Under the pieces are notes generated by a model that had not been told where the DNA came from, searched no databases, and saw only the letters and a list, made by a program, of their open reading frames with translations. Below are positions 11,143 through 22,737 of a DNA stretch of 64,000 nucleotides, in pieces. Each line of letters opens with the position of its first letter. Position 1 is the stretch's first letter. The stretch is from positions 4,402,001-4,466,000 of the forward strand of contig CP075494.1 of the NCBI GenBank assembly GCA_021613535.1, given 5' to 3'. The position numbers and the translations under genes were made by a program. The DNA is from Adineta vaga (lineage: Eukaryota > Animalia > Rotifera).

Positions 11143-13640
11143 TCAAATACGAATATTAACTGATGCATAAGCATGATATGGTTCAGTGTGACCTGGTATA
11201 TTAACTTGGCATTGAAAGTACGTTTGTTCAGGAGGTGCATTAGCTGGTGGAGTAATTATAACATGATTTCCTTGTTGCTATTTAGAAAAAAAATAAATCA
11301 TAATTACAATTGATTTCAATTCCAAATACATACATGGGCATAATCAGGGAGACTTGTATCATGTGCATATCTACCCCATATGACTTGATATTTTTGAGCA
11401 CCTTCAACATGACATGTCGCAGTTGCTTTTTCACCAGCTTCAACGGTTATTTCCTTTGGATGAACAGTTACTTTTATATCTTGATGTTCTTGTTGTTGAT
11501 CTCCAGTATCCTGATGAAGTTGTGTTTTAACATTAATAACTAATTTTTCTCGAGTTTCACCATGTAAATTACGTGCAATAATCTGATAGATACCAGCTGA
11601 ATCAGGTGTTGCACGATGAAGAATAAGACGATTTGCTTCAACTGTAAAGAGTGATGAAATGGGTTCATAACCCTGACCAGTGAATTTACTCCACAAGATT
11701 TGAACTGGTTCTTCTGACTAAAAATAATTAAACAAATAAGTATATCTATTTCTTGTTTTGATTTTACATACAGTAATTGTATATTGAATAGACATTCGTT
11801 GGCCTTCTTTTAAATTTATTGATTGCTGTTGAATTAATATTTTTGGTGATCTATCTTGAAGAAGAGAAGAAAACAAGAATGAAATTTGTAGTTGTATTTA
11901 TTCTTCACTTACCAATCTGTTCTTCAGGCCTCTGACTATGTCGTACCTGAATTTCATATGTAATATTTTTCCGTATACCATCCTGTTTATATAATTGACA
12001 ATGATACGTTCCCGAATGATCAGAACGTGCATTTGAGATCAGTAAATCATTACCAATTTGATAGATGTTTGATGGAAGTTCTTGACCATCACTACGTGAC
12101 CAATAAGCACGATCATAATCAGATGGAGATCGAATAACTTGACTTTCACCTTCATCAATAGTTAATGGACTTGATGGATTAAATACTGGAGGAACATTAT
12201 AAACAGGTTGTTCTTAAAGAAAAAGAATTTCAGTCGAATGTATGTTATTTATTTGATTAGAACTAATTACGGCTAAAGGTAAGAATGCCTTTTCCATCTC
12301 GATAATTATCACCTGGAATTGAGCAACGATACCTTCCTAAATAAGGTCTTGAAATAGGACGGATATGAAGCGTTTTCCCACGTGGATAAAGTGGAGCTTC
12401 ATCATCAAGAAGCTAAAAAAATGAGATATTTTGTAAGATCAAAATAATAGACATAAAACATCTATCAATACATACTCGTCCATTAAAATACCACTGAATT
12501 CTTCCTTCATCATCTGGTGCTGCTCCTTCACATTGAATTTCAACATAATCATCATCCGTCATTTCTGGTGCGGTAATACGTAAGCTTTGAAAGTTACGAT
12601 GTACTATAGAAAAACAAGTAACATTTTATTTTTAGTTCTTTCTTTTCAAAAAGTTACCTGGAGGCGTCACTTCTGGATATACTGGTTGTGGTTTATAAGA
12701 AGGACTTCCTACTTGCATAGTGAGAGTATCTGAACCAATATTACCTTCTGAATCTTGTGCCATACATTTATATGTACCAATTTTAGTTAGATGATTAAGT
12801 TGAATACGTGCTGTTAATTTCACGATGCTGAAACATGTTTAAGAGTTGTACCGGTAGAAACATAACGCTAAAATCATAGAAGCAAACATTCAATTAAAAT
12901 AAAGTGATAATGTTATTTGAGAATTTTACTCGCTCCGGTTCTTCTTGAATCCAATAAACAAGTGTACTTGTATCACCACCATAAACTGTACAAATAAGTT
13001 CATAAATTTCTCCAAGATGTACTTGCAATATTTTAGGGCTGACCACAACCCGTAAATTAGGTTGATCAATAGTTTTTGATTGATCTGGTGTTAGTGTTGT
13101 AGCCTCTATTCATAAAAAAACAAAGAGACTGAGAAAATGAGCAAATCTTATTGTCTTTAGAGATGTAATATAAAGACTTGTTACGTGCCTTCAGTAATAT
13201 TAGATTGTGTTGAATTTTCTAAATAAAATGAAAACATACTATTTTATTGTTCAATTATTTGAATTTGATAAAATATACAAACCGTCCGAATAGAAAGTAC
13301 CTGAAAGTATAAGAAAAAAAAATTGTTGATTGTTTAATTATGCAAATAATCTTATTAGAATACTTGTAATTGTGATATCAGTTGATGTATTTGTTAATTC
13401 ATTGAAATTGGTTGTGTAATCCAATGTATTCTCTCCTTCAGTATTACTATTATGACTAAGAACATGTACTGATTTATCTGAACTGTTGAATTAAGAATAA
13501 TCCTACCTAGTAACATCTGTTGAATCGGACAATATTGTAAATGATTCTTGTTCAAATTCAACGACTGGTATTGCTAAGATTTTTTGTAAGGTAATCCAAC
13601 TCAATAGAAACACAAAAGATAAACACAATGTAATTTTCAT
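11143..13640 (-). CDS. Secreted multi-exon immunoglobulin-domain protein (perlecan-like Ig repeats) with Ser/Thr-rich N-terminus
   Basis: Signal peptide MKITLCLSFVFLLSW at 13640. Ig motifs (DSAGIYQ, GTYKCMA, ATCHVEG...VIWGR). Many short introns; stop at 11143-11145. Confidence 0.7.
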
Positions 13641-14090
13641 CTTTGTGAATAATACGGGAAAAAAATGATAATATTCTACCGTTTTCTGCTACAGGACCTT
13701 TATTTATATAGCGGTCGTTTTCTTTTTTGCTTATCATCACCTCTGACTGATATCGATACATATGATGTACTTTGAGAGATGTTTTGATGGGAGAATGGGA
13801 AAAAACAATTTTCTTCTATTTGGCGGAATGATGACATGACTAATTGCATATGGGAAATACTTCATGAGATTATCTTATATCTAATGAGAATATATATTAC
13901 TTATTAGTTTTACAACTAAAACAAGTTGATGTTTAACATGCTTTAAAAAGAATTTCGTTCTTTGAGAAGATAGTACTTCAAAATAAAACAATTTTATAGA
14001 CAAAATTTCTTTTTCTTCGTACAACAGTAATAAAGACTACAATGTTTTCTCCAGTTGTTCGAAGGATGTGATGGTGTTGATTTTGGTTAA

Positions 14091-14152
14091 GGTGAGGGTG
14101 TGGATATGTTTTTATTATTATTATCCTTCACATCACCCTCACTCTTACGATG
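14091..14152. repeat. Telomeric-hexamer palindrome, degenerate copy 2
   Basis: GGTGAGGGTGTGGATA...TATCCTTCACATCACCCTCACTCTTACGATG. Confidence 0.6.
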
Positions 14153-15447
14153 ATAGCCTGGTAATAATTCAGTGATTGAGGGCTACAACAGGCAAATAGT
14201 AGTTAGTTGGTATTTCATAGTTTCAACTTATAGAGATTGCACTGACAGATTTTCCTATTGTATTCTATGACTTTCATCTAGTTGATATATATATATATAT
14301 TGGAGAATAGTTAAAAAATATTTTTTATATTATTCCTAAGCTTTCTTACTATTTTTTCAGTTCTTCTTCTTTTCACAACTCTCAAAGAAAAAGCAACAAT
14401 GATTGATGCTCATTCTCTGATGGACAGAAGAACGTTGGATAATATTTTTTAAATATATAATGGTAGCCGAAGTGCGCAGAACAAACGTGATTAGATATTA
14501 CATGTTAATATCGGAAGCAGTAGTTTTTCGTTAGTATAGTATCCAACATTTCAATGTGCTCTTTTGCATGATTATTTGCTTCATAACAATGATATTGTGA
14601 TAACTTATTAGATCGTTGTTCGTCAGATAGTCAATTGACGTTCAGTTGTATGTATAATCGTTTTATTTACATATACAGTTGTCATTTAGAATAAAGATCT
14701 TGTTATTTTTGATGGTGCACAACTTGACGATCGCAAATTGTTAACGACTAAAAACGAACAGAGAAAAGTATTAAAAAACTATCTAGGATTGATCTAGATC
14801 ATACTGATTTGAATCCATTATTGCCTCGTCAAATATTTATTACTGTGCTTGACATTATGAATATTCCATATTTGCCAACTGACAATTGTTTGAAAATCAA
14901 CAGCCTAGATTCAATAGTAAATCGTTTTTATGATTTATGATATACACTGAAATAGTTTCGATCATATATACTAAACTTTACTATATAGAGCATTTCATAA
15001 AATAAATACATTAAGAACTTATAAAACAAATTTCGTTAATAATCGAGAGCTCACCATATAGAAACTTTATATTGATACGAAATTTGTTTATAAAAGATAA
15101 TGAGAATCTACTAATTATCCGTCAGCTTATATACCTTATGAGTTTTGTCAAATGCCAAATATTATCCTACGATGAAAAGATAATAGAAGTTCAAAATCTG
15201 TACGATGGTTTAAGAATGAAAAATGAACGAGCTCAAAACAATTTAATCACAATCAACTAATTTATATGCTAAAGTATCGAATAAAAGAAAATGAATTATA
15301 CACCTATGATATCATCTTTACATCGCAATGATAAAACAATTCTCTTATCGTAGAGAGAATGAAAAAGAGATAAGAAAAGAACAATATAAAAGACTATAGT
15401 ATTGTATGACACAGTATACTTCTTTAGTTAAAATATCTCGACGTAAA

Positions 15448-16416
15448 ATGATGAAAAGATTCTTTCTTCCTTTTATGTTCATATCGATTTGTATCGCTCG
15501 ACAAGATCCATCACGTATAATTCATGGTATATTCTATAATTCAGATCAAACACATGTTTATTATGGATCAGTTGATTTAAATACTGCTCAATTTAATATT
15601 CTCAATTCTTTAAACATCAATGATGTTGGTAATCCTAAAGATAGTAAATATCCTGTTTCACCATTAACTTATGATCCCAATAATGATATTGTCTACATGT
15701 CTGCTCAAAATACGGAAAATAAACAAATAATTTTAAGTGTTTTGAATGCTACAACTGGTGCTCTCATAAATGCCTATCATCCAATTCAAAATGAAATCAT
15801 TTCACTTCAATATGATATTTTTCAAAAACAATTATTTGCTTATACAGAAACTAATGAAGAAAACGTGACACAAATTGTGGAAATTGATACGACAAATGGA
15901 CATTTTAAACAAATTTTAGGAACAATTCATCAAGCTAAACCAACACATATTTCAAGTTATTGTCCAATTTGTCGAAAATATTTTCTTATTGCATTACAAA
16001 ATAATCATTATGTTTATATTGGCGTCAATTCGACCGATGGTGGAGGTATTAGTTGGCAAACTCCGATTAATTTCGCTCCAATTAGTATGAAATTTGATTA
16101 TAAAACATTTACAATGTATACTGTTTATCTCAATCAAACCGATAAAATTGCATCTATGGTTGGAATTCTTAATCGAACAATCGGTGGAATTGGACAAGTC
16201 GTTGGGAGAATTTCCGAAGATTCCAATGTAGTTGCAACTTCACTTTCTGCATATGATATTGCAGAAAATATCTATTATTCATCAATTCAATTAACTTGGC
16301 CTTATGCAGGAGGAGTTTCATGTTTAAATGTGAATACAACGTTACAACATTGGATTTTTCTTCCAAAAAGTCAATACAATTCCTATGGATGGTTTATCAA
16401 ACAATTCGTTCATTAA
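15448..16416 (+). CDS. Secreted uncharacterised protein, probable beta-propeller
   Basis: Signal peptide MMKRFFLPFMFISICIA. Beta-rich repeats (TYDPNNDIVY, QYDIFQKQLF, AYDIAENIYY). Intronless; ORF is open from 15406. Confidence 0.65.
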   Translation: MMKRFFLPFMFISICIARQDPSRIIHGIFYNSDQTHVYYGSVDLNTAQFNILNSLNINDVGNPKDSKYPVSPLTYDPNNDIVYMSAQNTENKQIILSVLNATTGALINAYHPIQNEIISLQYDIFQKQLFAYTETNEENVTQIVEIDTTNGHFKQILGTIHQAKPTHISSYCPICRKYFLIALQNNHYVYIGVNSTDGGGISWQTPINFAPISMKFDYKTFTMYTVYLNQTDKIASMVGILNRTIGGIGQVVGRISEDSNVVATSLSAYDIAENIYYSSIQLTWPYAGGVSCLNVNTTLQHWIFLPKSQYNSYGWFIKQFVH

Positions 16417-17410
16417 TTCTATGATATTCAACTATTTAATTATGATGTATTTTCAAACCTGAAACATTCTTCCATAAATAAAAATAAATATTCAAGTTCT
16501 AAGTATTTCACACTAAACACGACATGTACGTTGATTGATATGACAGCGCAATAAGGGAACAAGAAAGTCCTAGGTTCTTTTGTCAAATACTTAAAGGAAT
16601 TCTATTTAGTTCAAATCGAAGTTTATACGTAGTAAAATAAAAACAACAATGTTTCTTTTCTACCTAGTATTTCTCGAATTGGAATACAAGAAAAATATTT
16701 CCTTACGGAATATAAACGATGCGATTAAGGCAAAAAGTATTGTTGAGAAAACACCATTTACATTGTACTATAGAAATGAGATTGAATACAATGGAAGAAA
16801 GAAATTACTCGACAAATTTCCGTATGCTTTTAATGATTGCTTTTTTCGTAAAAAAAAGTTCTCGTTCACACTTCATGAATACTTGTACATTCAATTTGAA
16901 GATATTTTGGAATAAATAAACGTATTGTTAAATATGTTCCAATTATGTAAGGAATTCCTAAAGTGATTTTGTGTAGAAATTGCAATTATTCAGGTATACA
17001 TAAAGATTTGCCATAATAGACATAGACAGATCCGTATGTGTAGATTTTAACAGGAGTACCGAGTAGAAATGCTTATACTTTCATTTCTCGATTTGCTATG
17101 AAAAATTCATTCGTAGTTATTTGTTTTGATCGAATACAACCATGATAAAGACCAATACTGATGGATAAACCTATTGTTTTCTATTATTAATATGAATAGT
17201 ATGTCTCGTATTTTAACTTGCATAAAGTCCAAAAAGAATTCCATAGTCAATCCAACTAAGATACATGTTTTAGTATTATTTCTACACAAATATAAATGAT
17301 TTCGTCTCTTTTTAATTTATTCCAGATTATGAATCCAAGGAAGAAGAAAAATAACAACAATCACACGTTTTTTTTCTCATTCTTCTTTCTCTTGCTAAAC
17401 ATCTATGTAT

Positions 17411-18244
17411 TTAAGTAGACGCTAATGACGTTGGATAATCTTCTAAATTCCAATTATGTACATTAGCACGTTGATCAATACTAAGTCGATCAATACTACG
17501 ATAGCCGTGTACTGATGATGGATGATTTAGATTTTGAATGACTAAAAATGGAGAATGTGCAACTCGAACTTTCAATCCTTGTTTTTGTAGATGTTGATAG
17601 ACTGTATCATATGGACCTATATCAGTTTCTACTAACCAGTCGACAATCGGTCTAAATGCAGATTTTTTCACATATAAACCATGTCCACCATAAGTTCTAT
17701 GATCGGCATCAAAACAAGGACCAAACGGCCATCTCTTTCGACTAGCATAGAAAACGAGAGCACCTAAGAGAAGCACATCCGCTTCTCGACAACGTTCAGG
17801 TAGATTTTCGAATAATTTTGTAAAATTTCGATGTGGAATTGCATCATCTTCAAATACAAACATTTCATTATAGTTCTTCTCGATCGCCATCATGTAAATC
17901 TTCTTCATCGATTCACGTAATCCAATTTCACCAGGTAATAAACGTTGTCCTTCGGCATTGTCATATAAAGTCTTTCCATTAACTCCATAATAGGGACGAA
18001 GATTAAGATTTGCATATTTTTTAAATAAACCTATCATATTTGATACTCGTTTTTTCTGCTCAGGTAAAGTAAGGACAAAACAAGGAGTAGATCGAATTGA
18101 CCAGCATATCGATACTTGACATCTACTTACTGAATAATAGGCTATGATAAATAGCAACTTAACAAAAATGATAATATAAAATTTTCGACGATTTGATTGA
18201 TGTATCCAACCGATTGATTCTTTGAACCATGTAATGAAAAGCAT
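17411..18244 (-). CDS. Glycosyltransferase family 25-like, type II membrane protein
   Basis: N-terminal TM; CFVLTL..KKR, GVNG, PGEIGL, FVFEDDA motif, DVLLLG, GGHGLYV. Confidence 0.8.
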   Translation of the reverse strand: MLFITWFKESIGWIHQSNRRKFYIIIFVKLLFIIAYYSVSRCQVSICWSIRSTPCFVLTLPEQKKRVSNMIGLFKKYANLNLRPYYGVNGKTLYDNAEGQRLLPGEIGLRESMKKIYMMAIEKNYNEMFVFEDDAIPHRNFTKLFENLPERCREADVLLLGALVFYASRKRWPFGPCFDADHRTYGGHGLYVKKSAFRPIVDWLVETDIGPYDTVYQHLQKQGLKVRVAHSPFLVIQNLNHPSSVHGYRSIDRLSIDQRANVHNWNLEDYPTSLAST

Positions 18245-18584
18245 TGATATTAAAATCGATCTATTATATATGGAAAAGTAATAATTTATAGTGAAAGATG
18301 CATAACTTTAATGCATTCTAATATTATCCTTCGTTTTTATTTCATTACATACAGAAAGTAAAGACCTTGAGAGAAAAAAACGACCGTTAAATAAGTAAAA
18401 CGTGCGCAAGTGAATGTCTTGTTTTTTACTTTTTGTTGATCCATTAAAATGTCTTGTTGTATAAACATTCTGTTCCATCTTTCCTATCATTCGTAAAGAA
18501 AACTTTGTTGCAACATCGATGTCAACTGCTAATAATGAGGCAACTATCAATCTCAAAGATATCCTTATTCAAAGTCAGTAAATC

Positions 18585-19003
18585 AAATAGAGGTTCCTCT
18601 GATATTGGATAATGTTCTTCAATATCAAGTTGACCAATATCTCGATATTTATTGTTTACTGATCATGGATGGTTTAGATTTTGAATAACTAGAAACCGTA
18701 GATGAGCTACGCAAACTTTCAATTGGTACCAGTGACTAAAGACGCACATAACAGAAGAACATCCGCTTCTCGACAACGTTCTGGTCCATTTTTCGAATAG
18801 TTTTGTAACATTTCGATGTGAAATTGCATCATCTTCAAATACGAACATTTCATTATAATCCATTGCAGTATAGCCATTGTAAAAAGATTCTTCAGCGAAT
18901 CACTTAAACCTCGTTCTTCTGGTCTTAAACGATGCCATCGATTAAATTTATATAAAATATTTCCATTAACTCCATAATATGGACGAGGATTAAGATTTAC
19001 ATG
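18585..19003 (-). pseudogene. Degraded tandem copy of the GT25 gene
   Basis: Clear DNA similarity to 17430-18010 (NEMFVFEDDAISHRN, FLVIQNLNHP) with stops, frameshifts, an internal deletion and no 5' end. Confidence 0.8.
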
Positions 19004-19393
19004 TTGTTATGGAATGATAGAACGTTATAGAGAGAAAATTAAATAGAATGCAAGTATACATAGAGGTTATGAGATTTTAATTGAAATCTTTTATTAATGT
19101 TAGCACATTGATATTCATTGTAAAATAATGTATTGTTGCTGTTTTGAAAAAAGTCAAATGTATTTATAGATGTCTTCTACCTTTTTTTTATTCGTTTACA
19201 TGAAACTTGAAGAAAGAAAACTGTTTGTAACGTGTATATTTATTGATCCTGATCGATTTGAATGGGATGTTGACAAAACAATGTGTATTACATCTTTCTT
19301 TCTTTTCTCATCAGGACAAGTTTTTATTGAATACAAAAACTACGGCATTGAGATAAACAGATACAATGGATGACTTATCAAAATTCTCGATTA

Positions 19394-21115
19394 TTATTCT
19401 ATAAAAAATGTTTGAGATCTTTCAGTAATATTGTATTTTTCTTTTAATTCATATAATAGTGTTCGATTATATGAACAAGTGACATTTTTATCGTCATCTA
19501 TAATTCCATCCAATGACCATGGTCCATCTTCGTAAATAATCGTTTCAGGCCATGTATTAAAACACCAAAAATTATTTTCTTCCCATCGATCTGTTACTGT
19601 TCGACAGAAATTCTTATCCCTTTCACACATTTCAATAAATAATTGTCCATATGCAGCTAAATTATCATTTGGATTAATTGGAATTGAAAATCCATTTGTA
19701 ATCAATTGTGCAGCTTCTCGAATCAATTTAATTAGAATTTTTCTTCGAATACCATTGGATCTTTCATTCATCGGATAATAAAGTCCTTTGATATATGATA
19801 TTCCACTTGTCACATATTGTTCCATAAAGACTGGATATTTATCATATGTCATATTATGTTTGATATAATGTAACCCACCCAAATTGATATTGATTGAACC
19901 ATCAGAAAGAAATGTTTGATACATTTGTCCTGTTCCAGGTCCTGTAATATGTATATCAACATTTTGTAATAATTGAAGATGTTGTCTCATTTTATTATTA
20001 TTATCTTTAGATGCTTTCATTTCTAACTTCAAGATTTCATTATTAATCATTTGGATTTCAGAATAAGTGATATAAGAAATATGAATCAATGGCCAGTTGT
20101 TATCTGTTTGATTATAATTATAGTTGTTAATTTCATGAATAGCAGCACTTATTTCGATTCGATCTCGAATAGTAAATCGTTTATTATCGATAATAATTGC
20201 TATGAGAGTTTTTTTTGGATCTCGTCGTTCTGCTGAATGTTTTTCTCTTGGAATAGGTGGTTTCAATCCATGTCGTTTATACATTCGTTCTCGAAAGAGT
20301 TGTGATCCATTCAATTCAATGCCTCCTGGTAATTGAAGATTTGGTTGAAGACAACGTTGGCACATATCTCCACTTCCCATAATCAATTCTTCAAATGCAA
20401 ACCATTTTCCAATTGACATGTCTTCTAAAATACTTGCATTCATTGTTTCTAATCCAGCAAAACGATTATAAACATCTTGACTAAATGAATGATTACCATT
20501 GTAACCATTTGTACTGAGTAAAATACGAAATGAATGTAAATGTCGAGGTGAAAAACGAATGAGAGCAAGATAAGCTGGATATAATCCATCAAAAAGTGCA
20601 TGACCAATATTCATTAACCATAATTGATCGAAATAAACAGTTAAATTAGGAATAACTATTGGTTGAATATGAACATGTACAAAGTCTTCAAGATCTTTAT
20701 AAGAATAAAATCGACGACGACTTGGAGTAATTAAAGTTGAAACCATCGATCCAATTCGAACACTTGGTAATGGAAAAGATGTTTCCTTGGTAGTTAAAAT
20801 CCAAAATGTTCGATTAATATAATATAAATTTTTAAAAAGACATGATTGATTTTTAAAAGAACCTATACATTCAATCTTTGTTTCAAGATTTCCATTGATT
20901 TGAATGAGTAATTGAGATGTTCGAAATACAACACCGTTATGTAGAAAAGAAATCATTTTTGTATTTGATCGAATCCAAAAGTCACTTAAATCTAAGGATC
21001 GTATTTTATTAGGAAGGGTATATTGCAAATTCTGACTAAACGAAATTAATGTTATCGATAATCCAAAAATAATTAAGATGAGAAGCAGCCTAGTGAATTT
21101 ATTTGACATTTTCAT
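19394..21115 (-). CDS. GT61-like glycosyltransferase, type II membrane protein
   Basis: N-terminal TM; SCLFKNLYY, NIGHALFDGLYP, DIHITGPGTGQMYQTFL resemble the GT61 N.xH and G.HG.G motifs. Intronless, 573 aa. Confidence 0.6.
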   Translation of the reverse strand: MKMSNKFTRLLLILIIFGLSITLISFSQNLQYTLPNKIRSLDLSDFWIRSNTKMISFLHNGVVFRTSQLLIQINGNLETKIECIGSFKNQSCLFKNLYYINRTFWILTTKETSFPLPSVRIGSMVSTLITPSRRRFYSYKDLEDFVHVHIQPIVIPNLTVYFDQLWLMNIGHALFDGLYPAYLALIRFSPRHLHSFRILLSTNGYNGNHSFSQDVYNRFAGLETMNASILEDMSIGKWFAFEELIMGSGDMCQRCLQPNLQLPGGIELNGSQLFRERMYKRHGLKPPIPREKHSAERRDPKKTLIAIIIDNKRFTIRDRIEISAAIHEINNYNYNQTDNNWPLIHISYITYSEIQMINNEILKLEMKASKDNNNKMRQHLQLLQNVDIHITGPGTGQMYQTFLSDGSININLGGLHYIKHNMTYDKYPVFMEQYVTSGISYIKGLYYPMNERSNGIRRKILIKLIREAAQLITNGFSIPINPNDNLAAYGQLFIEMCERDKNFCRTVTDRWEENNFWCFNTWPETIIYEDGPWSLDGIIDDDKNVTCSYNRTLLYELKEKYNITERSQTFFIE

Positions 21116-21490
21116 TCAGTTTTCTATTGCAGATCAATGAATTTTTGGTGATGTGACAGTTATAATACTGAAACAATTGTTGGGTTGTTTGAAACGAAGA
21201 GCAAACAATAATACATGTGAAAAGAAAAAAATCGTTTATAACATTGATGCATTTTTTTAAAAGTTTTTTTAAAAAAGAAAAATGAATCGAAAGAATGATT
21301 CATTCGTCCCTGAAATACCTTTTATGTTGATGCATTTGTTTCATTTGCTTATTTTTCACTAAATCGGTCGTATAAGCGTGATATCTACTTTTTAAATTTT
21401 TCATTGGATGATTTATGAATCTGTGATGAATACCACCTGATACTTTTTTTTTAATATGAAATGAGTGAAGTATTATACTGATTTTGAACG

Positions 21491-22474
21491 ATGTCTTCGT
21501 CAATTACTTATCGTCCTGTTGCATACAATGAACAGATAAAAGCAATTGAATTGTGGCAAACAGTCTTTGAACCAGAAAATGACGGTTATTTCGAACGATA
21601 TTTTTCATCTTTAGCATCTCCAAATTATCAAGAGGGAGATACTTTAGGAGCATGGTCAGATGATGATCTACTGGTTAGTATTGTACAAATTCGTCGAATG
21701 TTTCTGAACTCTGATAAGAATGAGATATTTCTTTGTGGTGTAATCTCGAATGTTGCTACACATGTAGAATTTCGCAATCAAGGTCTATCAAAACAACTAC
21801 TTTTGCAAGCCATTGAGAAAATGAAACGAGAAAAGTTTCATTTATCAATATTGGGAACGGGACGTTCTCAGCATTATTTAAGACTAGGATGGACTCCGTT
21901 GAAAATTCGAATACAGTACGTTATTGAAATAACCAAGGACGATTCATCTATCGAATATGATGCAGCATCATGGATACCAACCTCTTACATATCTTCATAC
22001 GATCAATTGTGTGAAATCTACTCAACTCATCCCCGTTCATATCAATTCGATCGCTGTCCCTCTTCACTGTTCGAATATTGGATCGGTTGGCATTGGAGAG
22101 ACGATTCTGCTTACATTTATCTCTTACCGAATCAAAAGGGTTATGTCATAATTAGTCAAGCCGATGGAAAAGATTGTCCTGCATCAATCACTGAGTATCG
22201 TGCATTTGATCAACATAGTGAAATAAAATTACTGGAAATAGCTTCGAAAGAAATTCGTCGACGATATCGTCAGAAAAGTTTTCTGTTACAGACTCTTCCG
22301 CAACATACAACATTACAATCGATCGGATGGGATGATGGCGGTTCGATTTTCGAAGAAAATGAAGATATTATGATACGTAATATTCATTTGTCAGACGAAC
22401 AATTTCACGGAATCAAAGCCGCTTTCGAAACAGTTAGTGGAAAAGCAACAATTTGGCCAGGAGAATATTTTTAA
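21491..22474 (+). CDS. GNAT acetyltransferase, Eis-like tandem GNAT architecture
   Basis: Motif A ISNVATHVEFRNQGLSKQLL and HYLRLGW. Intronless, bacterial-like. Confidence 0.8.
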   Translation: MSSSITYRPVAYNEQIKAIELWQTVFEPENDGYFERYFSSLASPNYQEGDTLGAWSDDDLLVSIVQIRRMFLNSDKNEIFLCGVISNVATHVEFRNQGLSKQLLLQAIEKMKREKFHLSILGTGRSQHYLRLGWTPLKIRIQYVIEITKDDSSIEYDAASWIPTSYISSYDQLCEIYSTHPRSYQFDRCPSSLFEYWIGWHWRDDSAYIYLLPNQKGYVIISQADGKDCPASITEYRAFDQHSEIKLLEIASKEIRRRYRQKSFLLQTLPQHTTLQSIGWDDGGSIFEENEDIMIRNIHLSDEQFHGIKAAFETVSGKATIWPGEYF

Positions 22475-22545
22475 TCGTGAGAATGTGGGTGAGACTGTAT
22501 AGACCGCTCTTCTCTGCCCACATCCACACCCATCTTAAATTGATG
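22474..22545. repeat. Telomeric-hexamer palindrome, degenerate copy 3
   Basis: ATCGTGAGAATGTGGGTGAGA...TCTGCCCACATCCACACCCATCTTAAATTGATG, starting at the GNAT stop codon. Confidence 0.6.
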
Positions 22546-22737
22546 TGTATAATGCGTTATTAGAAAACATCTACGACTCGATCGCAAGTAGAAATTATAT
22601 CAATATTGTATTCTAACTAAATTTTTTATTAATTAAGATATTTTAGTAAACAGAAGTAAAATAAAAATAGTGTGAAATGGTCATATTTTAGTTATTGATT
22701 GACTTTTGAAATTAAATGATTAATTAAAATATTTTAA

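Noticed and set aside
16649-16919. Short ORFs, possibly a transposon remnant
   Set aside because: No recognisable motif, TIR pair or TSD.
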